Assembly (NCBI GenBank): GCA_002633005.1
Contig: NMRA01000003.1
Span: 1,361,587 to 1,425,586 of the forward strand
Reading direction: 5' to 3'
Length of the DNA stretch: 64,000 nucleotides
DNA from: Phoronis australis
Taxonomy: Eukaryota; Animalia; Phoronida
Each line of letters begins with the position of its first letter. Within the stretch, counting starts at the first letter, position 1. Under the pieces are notes generated by a model, which was not told the DNA's origin, did not search any database, and saw only the letters and a list, made by a program, of their open reading frames with translations. Below, in pieces: positions 49,273-61,276 of the stretch. Made by a program: the position numbers and the translations under genes.

Positions 49273-52200
49273 TCACACGACACAAATTACGTTGGCAGCG
49301 AAGTTGCAGACGCAAGTGTGGACATCGAACACCGTGTTGAGTGGACATGTTTGTGTCCCGCTCGGGCTCTGGCCGATAAGTGACTGGCTAAACACGGTGC
49401 ATTGAGTATTGGGAACGACTTTGTACACATTACCGTTACTTGAGCACTGACTACAATATGCGTCTATCTCACTCGACAGTTGTAGCGAGTCTTGATAGTA
49501 CTGTCGTGCACCGTCGCATTGACCAGAAGGCAACTTCTTAGCTCGGGCCTGAAAACATTTTGCAGCAGTCATGGTGTACCTAAAATAAAAAGAGCAATTC
49601 TTTTCAGGATCACTGAGAGCAGAGTCTTGGCTTGGGTTTTGTTATAAGCAGTAAAAAATATTCTTTGCCAATCAAATCTGGATTATTAGGTGTGAGACGT
49701 ACCTGCAAATCTTCGTTCGGTTCGCCTCCACTATGCCTGACATTAATGATGCCACATTTGATCCAAGAACACATGTGTTCGATCTCGGAATACAACCATT
49801 GGTTAATCCTGCAACTGAAGATACAAGAAGACTGGTTTCAGATTTTTTAAGAGTTACATCACAGTGACAGTATGTGCACAAAATTAAAATCCATATGCAA
49901 GCACCAACTCTGTATATTGTATAAGGTCGTGTTCTTTAAAGGGACGTAATCCAAGAGAAAATGGATTTTCTGTGATGATCCTCAGCCAGGAATCCCCGCA
50001 CTCGAAGCCAAATTCTATGCTATCAGAGCTAAATTCCAATCGAAAAATGTCGTGCACGACTCATATTGTCGCACCTAGAGGGTGACAGTATGCCCCAGAT
50101 GTGAAAGTACATGCCTTGAACGCAGTCACATTTGGTCACGCAGGCGTCAACATGTGTAGATGTCGTCGGCATTTATTGTCGTCTGCGCGACCGTGTCTAG
50201 TACGTGAGACAGTATGTCACAACATGGTGTAAATCGTGGGTATGTACAGTTTCATAAGCCAAGTGAACTGTATAAAATTTTAATGAAATAAGGTGAAAAG
50301 GTAGCGAAAAATAGGAACACTTACAGTAGACAAATGGATCAAAATGGACTTAATGCTGGGTTAAAATAGACATAATGGGTTATGCCCACTTCAGTATAAT
50401 ATTGATCAAAAGGGAACTCTTGGCCGTTTTAAACCACCTTTGTAAAATGCAAATCATGTCTTACACTAAACTAATAGTAAAAAATCGCCTTAACCGCTGA
50501 AAATAAATTTGAATGGTGAAGCTGAATTAACAGAGAAAACTGATCAAAATCAGGACACAATAGATCAAGAACCTCCGATCTGTCATATCCACTTCAGCAT
50601 AACCGATCAAAACAGAATAAATGGCAGTTTTAATCCATCTTTTTGAAATATAAATAATTTTTTCCAACACTAAAGTATCAAAACCAACTTCATTCAACAG
50701 GTAAAATTTACCGTCGGTCAAAAAGGTCACTATTTAGAAAGTAACGACCTCCATTTAGTTCACTCACCACGCAAGTAACAACCACCCTCGATTACGAGTC
50801 TGTAAAATACCCATAGTGCCCAAGCCCTGTTCTTTGAAGTACATCCCGCTTGTTTCAGGGCTGCAGCTGCGCAGGTGTCCACCTCCTTCCGGTGTCTAAA
50901 ACAACGAGTGACGTTCTGTGTAGCGGAGTAAGCGAACAGATTTTTTGTGCCAATAATCTCACACTATAACAGTAGCGCACTGCGATGCACTTTACAGTGG
51001 AACAACAATGAACCCGCAGCAAAATGGACATGTCTCTACTCTCATCATTTGGCACTAGTAACCAGTTCTCTACTACACCTCACTCCTACGCTTTAGTCAA
51101 AGTATTTTCTATCTAGCGATTCGTTTGTTCAGCAGAAAGCACTTGTTTATCCGACAGAATCTGTAAAGTTGTCTTGTCTGCCAGAATTCTGTCCAGTGAG
51201 TCTCGGAAGCAATAACATAAGATAGGCCTATTGGAAGTAGCAACAAAAACGCCACATTTCTTTCCAACATGGCGTAGGAAGCACTGCCCAGGAGGTTGGA
51301 AGGGGGCAGAGTATGGATGCGAGTGCACCTCAACCAAATCACTGGAGGCGGAGATACCTTTCCACCCCCAATACTACAGGTGTTAATAAGTATCACTTAA
51401 TTATGAAAAGTTTCAACTTATAAACTTTGTTTCAAAATGAAATTGACTCTCCCCCTCCCCAAATGTTTCCTACGCCAATGTCCAAAACCTCAACCTCTTA
51501 TGACATCTGATTAGTTGTCTCTGCACAGGCGTCCTCTGCTTCTGATCGTCCCCAATACATAGGGACGATCAGAAGCTGAAGACGCCTGTGGGTCTCTGGT
51601 GCTACCTCTCGTAACGTTGGGAAAGAGTTTACAATGAGATTCGCATCCCGTTGTATCTCGCCTAATTTCTACATTTTTGCACGTGCAAAACCAGCATGAA
51701 GCCTTTCCTATTACGAACTCCACCTGGGCATTGGCAGATTAGCATCAAGTCGTAAAGGAAAGTGGCACAAAATCCACCTAATCTTCCTTCTTATATCGCA
51801 AAATAAAAAGGTCTAATTATAAAACCGCCATTGCTGTTTGTTTAGTTGCAAGCTCAGCTGAGTTTTAGTGATAATGTTAGAAAAAAAAATTAACAAAATT
51901 ATTATCGGATATATCTAAACCAAGACTATTTTAGTGAACTGTTTAACAAATACCTGCATATGTTTGCGTACGAGGGGAGTGAAGTGGGCGTTATCGGTCC
52001 ATAGCTGGCCATACAGTAGGAAGCGGTGTCGGCCAAACGACAATCTGAAATGACGAGAAAAATGTTCAAAGTACTGTCCGATGTACCGTTCGAAGTACTC
52101 TCGGATAATGCATTTGCATGAAGTGGCAACTATTGTAATTTGAAAACCCACGTGGTCGTCATTCAAACGAGCGCTCTCAGTCCGCCTTTGATTATTAATT

Positions 52201-55200
52201 CATTAAGGTGTTTGTATTCTTCCCGACTTTTCGAAAGCAATGGAGGTTGATCTTGCAAGACCATTGACCCTTACTATCACATGGCTGTGGCAGAAGGTAC
52301 TTCCTCTTCCCAGCGGGTGGCATAGAGGACCATTTTGACTTCGTGAAAATACCCTTTTACAGCGTGTGTAATTAGACGTGATTGATTAGACAACATTAAA
52401 ATGCTTACTCGTCCACTTTAACCCGGTCCTAATTAAGTGGCCTGTCCTCAACTTGCTACTTTAAAGTCCCATAAGGTTACACCCAATTAAGCTAGTGTTA
52501 ATTTACTTTGTAAAGTACACGTTGCCGGCACCCCGGTTTAGGGCTCTCAGATTAATTTTCAGTACATATTTCTATTCTCGGGAGGCCGGTATTCACCTTT
52601 GATGATTACATTTTAATTCCAACAATGAAAATTTCCGTCAAGCACCACCTAGATAATTGACTTGAAACTTCAGGGAAACAAAATTGACGGTTTAAATTTT
52701 GCACATCAGAAGACGTTGCCACTGTGGTCGCGATGTTCAACGAAGCAAGACAGTGGTGTGTGGTATTCAACACGAAATAGATCCATTCGTGATCAAAAAT
52801 AATACAAGCTGAAACAGAGGACATAGAATGTCGTTTTTAGATTGCACGGTAAGAAACAGTTCAGTGCACGATGCCATTTTATTCTTGCCTCTTTATAAAC
52901 TGGAGATGTAAATCTGTACTAAATTGTACGTACTTCCTTCGTATTCACACATTGCTTTGTACAACGCCATGGTATAATAAGATGGAGCACACGACGGACC
53001 TGCCGCTTCTGTGCAGTTAATGTAATCTTTCAGTGAACTGGAAGAAAAGAAAACTACAATTACACAGCTACATACACGATTATTATAATTTGTGTCTTGT
53101 GGGTACTTGATCATTTATTTCACCGTTAGGATTGCTAGTGACGTAGGTCCTTCCGGTCGTCAGCTTCTCATATGTTTGCATTGGTCTGGGTTTGTTTGTC
53201 ACTAGTTTCTCATATAATGCCGATTGGTATGTGAGTGGTATGTGTTGAAAGCTTGTTTAAGTTTGCCTGATTAATAAACACTTTACGAATTTTTACACGT
53301 ATTTTACGCACAGATTATGTTTTCTTAAGGATTAATTTACGGCTATTGAGTCTATGATGTGATCCACTTCCTTGTACCCGGAATTGTCTGCAGAATAAGA
53401 CGTACAGATTTGTATTTTCCGTTGAACACACTACCGTTCAAAGCGATATTGAATTTGGATTTTCATTTTCTAACGACTTGTCCTTGCCGAAGTATTTTAA
53501 GGCATCACAATAATCATGCACTACAGAAACACAGCTCAGCAAAGTGCTGTTGACGGTGCACCATCAGATGCGTCTTTCGGGCTGGAGGAACGTCTAGCAG
53601 CTGCACGAATCTCTATAAACAGATGAATATAAAAATTCCTAAGAAATCTATATCACTAGCAGAATACTAAGAAATGCATGGACTTTTCTGATACCACGAT
53701 GAGCGTTTAACGGACGTACTCCTCAGATTTGCGGCTTGTTTCACCGTCAGATTCGCCACGCACACTCGACGGGTCAGTCGTAGCAAAAAAAAAAAAACAA
53801 GGGATCCGTTTTTGCGTACCTCATAGTGATTAACCTTAAAAGGCAATTTTTAATTCTAATTTAAGAAATAAGAGTTATGTAGGATTCAAAATTCGTGTTA
53901 GAAAAGAATTATGTTGGAGGGTGACTTCATGGAAGTTCCCAACAAACTTTTAAGAAATGGGTCCCTCAATCATGCCACTTCTGACGACTCTCTAAAAGTT
54001 TGATCATCCCAATTTTCAGCGGTAAAATGGAAGAATGCTTTCAGAGTAACTAAGATTATTGTATTCATCCAAGCGCGGTAGCCATCGCTGGAGAGACGCG
54101 CGTACACTGTCTATTTTGCAATGTCACAAACTGCGCCATTGTCGCAAACGTGCTAAAGTTTAAAGGAGAATGCCACCCGAAAACAACCTATTTTGTATCG
54201 TATTTAGATCGAGTAGTTCTATTCGACAACGGCACGTTCGGTTGCGTTACCTGACACCTAACGGCAGACGGAAGTGTTGAAATTATCCAATGACGTAATT
54301 GGTTTCGCACGCTGTCTGTTCAGCAGTTCACAACTCGGGTTACTGGTATCAGCTTATCGCTTGAATTCACCGTTTAACACCAATAAATCAACAAACTTCG
54401 ATGTAAAACCCTTAAAAATACACCGACTTCTTATACAAACGTGTTGTTTTATTTCGCTTTTACGGATTTACTGGTATTTGGACACACCGTACCCTACAAA
54501 GTTCGGCAGGCCAATTTACCAAGGTCCGTAGCACTGAGGAGTTTGGGGTCTGTTCGGAGATAAATTCGAAGTATTCTTCCGTGAAATACAGACAGGAGAA
54601 CCTAGATCTGTATTGTTGTACTTGCGATTTTTTGCGTTCTAAACACACAAAACGCTTGTTATCCCGGGCAGTGGCTCGGAGCCCGATCAGGCCCGTCGCG
54701 GCAGCCGGGACTGGCACGAACATAAACCATCTTGAGTTGGAAACTAAACCTCCAGTTACGAAAAGACTATAATGGTGACCCAAAGAAATAATGTGCACGG
54801 ATTATTTATGTGAATTAGCCACGAAACTGAAAATCTACTTACTTGTCCGCGGGCCGGGCCGTGATGACGGGTTCTCCTAGCTTCCACAGACCGTCAGGGC
54901 AAAGGTTGTACAGTAACTATGATTTGAGTACTGTATTTGTATTTCTAAATAAATATTCCCCTAATATGTGACCATAGCATATAAAATCGAGTAATTGTTT
55001 CTCAACAGCTTTCTGTCAGCAAAAACTGAATTCAGAGCATGCGCTCACACGCGGCCTCGGTGCCCGTCAATTCCATTTGTAGTTGCCGGCATCAAAAGCC
55101 GGTAACGCAGTGGTTTATTCATTGCTGGCTTCTCGAAACATTTGCACTCCAAGGCATGACAGACTTTGTTTCAGTTTCATATAAGCATTGGTTAGGATGA

Positions 55201-58200
55201 GAATAATTCATTTTGAAAAAGAACGCAGAATAATAAACGTCTACCTGGCAACTCGCCCCGCGCCAATACCAATTTAGTCAAGAGCTAAGGCGACGAAGAC
55301 TTCACGGGTCGGATCGTTAGGTTTCACATGCCATCAGTTCTGACCGGAATACACTGATCAAGGATTACTATAGAGGCATACACAGGCAACGGAACGTATG
55401 GATAGTTCTTTGGTAAGCCAGAATTCGTCAGAGAAATCACTGTCGACGAAATGCCGGCCACAGACACGGAGACGTTTCACGGCCTCATACTTGCTATTAA
55501 CAGCCTAACTCATAGGCGGATTTAGGGGGGGGCCCAGGGGGCCCGCCCCCCCCCCCACAGTTTTAATGTTTTTTTTTTGGGGGGGGGGCTCAGATCCAAT
55601 TTCAAGTGTCAAATTCGGAACACGGCGCAATCGTAACGGAACTATGGCTAAATGGCTAAGTATAGGCTCTCCCGCGATATCTCAGGCGACCGGCAGTGGC
55701 GCTGGGCACTACAACTCCGTTTCCGTCGTCTGCTCCACTGTGCAATGAAGAAAATTACTTCGTCTTTTTTTAAAGAAACTGGAATATGAGTGATGGTGAA
55801 AAAACAGAAGCTGCTGGTAAGATGTCAATTTTAATCGAAGCTTTAGTGAATCACTCAGAAACTCATAATTCCCTCTTTGTCAAACCTTAACTTAAAAGAC
55901 GATTTCCAAAGCAATCGCGTCATTATTGCCAACACAAAAAACCGATTTGGTCTTTTGGGCAATTGAAGACTATTTTAAACACAACAAATTTGTTACAAAC
56001 TGATTGCACAAAAAAATGTAATAAGCATTACAAAAAGAAGGAGTTTTCGCGCGCAAACGCTGTGGACCATAAATAAGTATGTCTCTTAGTATCATATTTT
56101 GAGTTAAAGCGTGTTGGTGCAGGGGTAAAGCATGCGTGCACAACCAGCAAGGTCGTAAATTCGAATCCGTGGTACTTGCAGTTTATGCTCGTTGACACAT
56201 TCTTCGTATTTTTCTTTTTTTTTGCCTTTTTTCTAGGATAATACTTCGGGAATCAAGGAAAATGCTTGATTTTTAGAGGAAAAAACAGAAAAATTTCCTG
56301 ACCTCCCCCCCATTCGGTGCTATGCACATCTACAATCGTGCTTGGACCAAATGTTTACAGACAAAATGTTGGGCCCCCCCTTGTGATATTCTAGATCCGC
56401 CACTGTAACTTTCATTCTTCACTATCCCGAGCCACTTCCTAAGCATTTCGGGCTCTCGAGGACGTCGAAAAAATTATATACCCGCTTTCTTCACAGCTTC
56501 ATAGTTCGGACAAGCCAGAACGATGCACCGCAATATAACGGCATTCACTCTGCAGACGAACCACTGACGTCGCTGCGTCGTTTCTCACCTTCCTCACAGG
56601 TTAACGCGACACTTCACGGTTTGGTGAGGTTGACCGTATAAGAGGCGATGTGGATATAGACCAATTAAATCGGGTGGCATTCTCCTTTAAAGACTGCATA
56701 ACCTGTACAAATATATCCATTGATTTTTTCCTTTACTTCACAAATGCGCGCTATTGCATGAGCATATATTACGGCACAGTTAGTGGGTGCTAATTAGCTC
56801 CGAAAAATTATGTCATGCAACTAAAAGGCGCATTAACAAATATACTACGAAATTCTCTTAAAATATCGCCGTTTGCTAATACATATCTGTAGAAAACGAA
56901 GAATTGTGTCATAACTGCAAGTGGTCTCGATAAAAAAGATTAGTCTTTGACGTAAGGAAGTAATGAGTAACATTTATTTCATTGGGTTTATTGAGTGCAA
57001 AAATTACGACCTAACGTAAAAGTGCCAGTTGTATATCATGTACTGCGTCGATAAACTGGTCTATAGTGAAGTCGAGTTGTGGTACGATCCGACTTCAAAG
57101 AAACAGCGTAGATACTCGAGAAAAGGACTTACATTTTAGTGATGCTTCGTCGACATCACACTTCGATCCGGACCCGTAACTTCGCAAACGTCCGACACGG
57201 AATACACCGACCCCGACGGAGACGACTCAACGGTAACTCAAGAGAACATCGAGATTTTCCTAAATATGAGTTCCTAAGGTTTAAAGTCATTATCAATTAG
57301 TCTCAACAACTTTCCACAACTGTCATTAACATACCGCACTGTACATGTATTTTGGAAAAAAAAAACAGCAATGAACAACCAGTCATAGCAAATACATGGA
57401 AAGATAGCGACCGCAACGACCCACGTTGGTAGTGGCGAAAATAAAGGTGTAACTTCGAAAAACTAATCTGTTTAGACCTAGGATTCCAAACCAGGATATA
57501 ATGAATACTAACCTGGTACTTTGACCACCGAGCTATCGAAACCATAACGGTAAATAAGAATTGGTCGACCAGTGGCAAATGAAACCTTTGTGCAATTAAA
57601 CGAAAAACTGCAGCCTTTGGCACAACGAAATTTTATCATTGAATACTTTCCCTCTGAAAACAAATTACCAATCGGATTATATTCAATTGATACAGGTATT
57701 CAAAATGCACCTTAAGTTACAAAAATATAAGTCGCCGTCGAAGGTCTTCCTTTGCAGTTTGTTCAATGAAAGAAAATCACCGAAATCATTAAACGTTTAC
57801 AAACTTTTCACATGGGAATTATTATCACGTGGCGTGTATCGCACGTATTGGCCAGGGTAGTTCCAGCGAATGTTCCATTCACATCAGCGCAGTGCCATAG
57901 GCAACTGGTAAATTGGCAGCTTTGATAATATCGAGTCGTGAAAAATTTCCTCTAATTAGACGGACCAATTATGTTCCCCCAGGTCACTACCACGTTTGAA
58001 TACGTCAGCTGGGCGAGTTCCGGGTCCCTACCCGATGCGAAGCTAAAAAGACACACCCGTGACGATACAGTTTGTACCTATGGCAAAACACCTAGCCGAA
58101 TTGACGGGACGTCTCTATCAACACTCTCCAATCAGAGGTTGTAGGTACGTGTATAGTACCTTTCACTATATAGTTACCTACCGACAAACTCGACTACTGT

Positions 58201-59547
58201 AACTGCTTGCCGTTGGATGAGGTGAAAACATCAATGCGAATGCGTTCGTCCGCATTTTTTGGCAATGCTCAGTTTTTTCATAGCTGCACACGTTTTCTAC
58301 AACATGCAGTGAAATGGAATGCAGAATTCTAACAGCGTTAAGACAAAATAACAACTTCTTAACTCGGCAAACAGCGCTGTGGTTGGTAATGTATATTGGT
58401 CTATTTCTCTATCTGGAGCTCAGGTTTGAAAAAGTGTGACCAAAGATGCACGTATGTAATTATACCATATTATGACACTGCAACGTCACTCATGTGGCGA
58501 CCGCTTTGTATCACGCAAAAACGCAACAAAATCTGCGTGATGCCACAGTTTGTATTGTAATTTCTGCGAACAAATTAGGTAAACTTCATTCTATGTTTTG
58601 GAAAATTGTATCTATCTTAAGAAATTTTCTTATTTAGAATGAGTAGCCCCAGAACAGTGCTAAATTCCTGAGATATCAGTGTCTCCTCGGCCCTGGGTGT
58701 AATCTTTGTACTCGAAATCGAACTGGAATTGTTTTTGACATTTTCCTTTTTTCTGTGAACTTCGAAAGTGCCTATTATTCTGTGCTTGAGTACGTGGATA
58801 ATTGTCTTATCTTGACTTGCACCTGATGACCCCAACTTTAAGGATGAACTCGAAATTTCAAGTTTTCACTCGAAACCTCACGTTTTACTCGAGTTAGTAG
58901 CTCCAATCTAAGGTCATCAAGTGCGAACTTGGGACTACAATAGATATTCATCTGAGCAGCATAAACCATATTAAATACCCTAGCTAAGAAAAACAGACAA
59001 TTACATGTATTATGTGTTTGTACAATAGTAGAGTTCCATTTTTATCGTGTTTTCACCAGGCGTAAGAGGTCTATTTAATCATGTCGAGATGAGTACCTGG
59101 CAAATGGAGCGTGAAAAGAATAGTGTACTTGTCCTGTGAAATAATTTGATTCGAGGTTTATGACATTACCAATAATTGAGTACTATGGTAACCACTCAAG
59201 ACGACTCGCACAAGCCCATTTTTTTCGAATTTGTTAATACATGTATTTTTCATTTGCTCAACCGACACATGCAAGATATTTCGAGAATCTCCCTTGTTCT
59301 TAGCAATTTCTAGAACGCAGAACAATTTTGACAGTATGAACTTTAGTCAAAACTCCAATTATAATATGATTTATAAAATACTGGTGTACAACTTACCGGG
59401 TGTTTCAGTACGTGGAGTTGGCTCGGCAACAGATGGAGTCGGTGTTATAGTAGAATAGCTTGTCGGGAAGGTGGCGGATTTTACCAGCCTCCCGTCACAG
59501 CACAACAACAGTGCGGCAAGCAGTGGGATGGTTTGTGCAAAGTTCAT
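49273..59547 (-). CDS. Secreted Cys-rich protein with CBM14-like C-terminus, paralogue B, 335 aa
   Basis: Exons 59547-59397, 58296-58182, 53037-52934, 52044-51954, 50895-50768, 49814-49703, 49579-49273. Same phases as copy A; only in-frame indels (-6 nt in exon 1, -3 nt in exon 6); all module cysteines are retained. Confidence 0.85.
49940..50392. mobile_element. Old TTAA-type MITE in intron 5 of paralogue B
   Basis: ttaa|agggacgtaatcc ... gggttatgcccac imperfect TIR; absent from copy A. Confidence 0.45.
54164..56686 (-). mobile_element. Non-autonomous Kolobok-type element (second family) with a decayed THAP remnant and a nested hAT-like MITE (about 55512-56405)
   Basis: TTAA TSD at 54160-54163 and 56687-56690; perfect 17 bp TIR AGGAGAATGCCACCCGA / TCGGGTGGCATTCTCCT. 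Minus-strand SRFSCLYFTEEYFE...LRTL resembles a THAP C-terminal half. Confidence 0.82.
56108..56172 (+). pseudogene. tRNA-like (A-box/B-box) remnant inside the nested MITE
   Basis: ggtgcaggggtaaagc...ggtcgtaaattcgaatcc; the stems are degenerate. Confidence 0.35.
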
Positions 59548-60876
59548 GTTGACACCTACAAAGCAAACCACGGATTGAAATCTGCTCAGTTGCAAGATGG
59601 TTCCGAAATAAATTGCGAAGTTAAACACGACAACATTGTTTCAATCAATAAAAAGCGGTCTTTAACAAAATTTAGCAAAAGGTGGCGCGGTTTGCTGCTT
59701 CTTTAGACAATCACAAGCCCTGAAATTGAAACGTTTCACAATGACAAATCCATTAACATACAATATGATGAAAAATGAAGTTTTAACTCATTGTGTTATT
59801 TGCAGTTGTTTTTATATAATGTGTAAATGTACATATACATATGTGTGTGCACGCGTGTGCATGCGTGTGTGTGTGCGCGTGTATGTGGGCGTGGCCGCGC
59901 GTGCCCGTGTACATGTCTAGGCCTATGTGTGTATGTATACATATATTACGTTTTCTTTCAAACTTTGCACTCTTTTGTGATTTCTACTGTTAATAAAAAT
60001 ATGTACACACAATGTCATTATTATCGTCAGTAATATTTTAATCCATTCCACACACTGATATGTTTTTGTCAAATTATGAAGTGTGCTCTGGACAGGAGCA
60101 TTTCAAAAAGAAAACAAAGGTTAATTCAATGTTGAACATGGATGCTGACCTTTTCATTGTTCTAAAGCTTGAGTTGATTTGTTGTTACCACAACTCATTT
60201 TAACTTCAATTTTGCGAACGTTGTTTTTCTGTTTCATTCAGAAATGTCTTGTTCCCCTTTTTCGGGTTCAGGTAGTATATCCCGGTACCTGCATCTATTT
60301 CACCCATGATTCCCCAACACGGATGTTCCTCTGTCCCAATATTACTGTTGTTTTCCATGCCCAATGTTCCACTTTCTTTATGGTCTCCTATCCCGACGTT
60401 CCCCCGGCTTAAAATTCCTGGGCTCCGATGTTTGATCTTTCCGATCCTTACCCTGCTCGGTGGGCCATTCCAAGTTTTTTTTATACCGGAGAGCCCCAAA
60501 TTTTTTGTTAGTCTTCCATAAATTCACATAGGAAAACTTATGTATTATCCATGCTTTCGTGCGTGTCAAAGTCGAAGCAAGATGAAGTCGTCATTCATCT
60601 CTTTAATAGTAAAGACTCGCGCAGCCACTGGCGGCACAGTTCTCCCATCGTTCAATTTTGCGTTCCCCTGTTCATTGAATAGTGCTCCCAGGTTGCCATT
60701 CATGTTTAATTTGATAAAATAATAAGACTGATATTTCTCTTGAACTCCTAGGATTTAATTCAATTTGGTTGAATGGAAAATGCTTACTGTTTACCAAGGA
60801 ACATACGTGTTGAATTGGTGTAATTAAAACATTTTTTACAAAAGCAGGTATGAAAGATCTGGCGTCGGTTTTATGA

Positions 60877-61276
60877 GAGAGAGAAACTTTTATTTTTTAA
60901 ATCATGTAAGACATACACTGTTATATGACTGGGTGGCCAGCAAAGGCACAGGCTGCTAATAGCTGACCGCCGAGTAACAATAAATTAAATAGATATTAAC
61001 AATTAAGAAGAACAAAAGAGATAACAACAGGAAGAAGTACCTTTACAATGAGATAAAATACAATTCAATTTTATTTTGAAAACGTAAATTAAATGTATTT
61101 TACAAAGAATTAATCATCGAGACCATTGATACAAAGGAAACCGCACGGTTAGAAAAGCATATGACTGGTAATCACGGTTACTTCAATTAGAACATGCATA
61201 ACGATATAGAACGTTACAATGAGATATGCTTAATATGTAATTTTTTAAATACATGGAGAACTCATGTAAGATATGA
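60877..61276 (-). mobile_element. 5'-truncated LINE (CR1/L2-like) 3' end, specific to copy B
   Basis: Interrupts copy A's ggcgtcgggttcatga-aaagtga; tatga is duplicated at the ends; the minus strand has an AATAAA-like terminus and a decayed RT C-terminal reading. Confidence 0.5.

Noticed and set aside
56108-56172. Functional tRNA gene (also 28338-28415)
   Set aside because: Only A/B-box-like remnants, with no intact cloverleaf; better explained as SINE or MITE relics.
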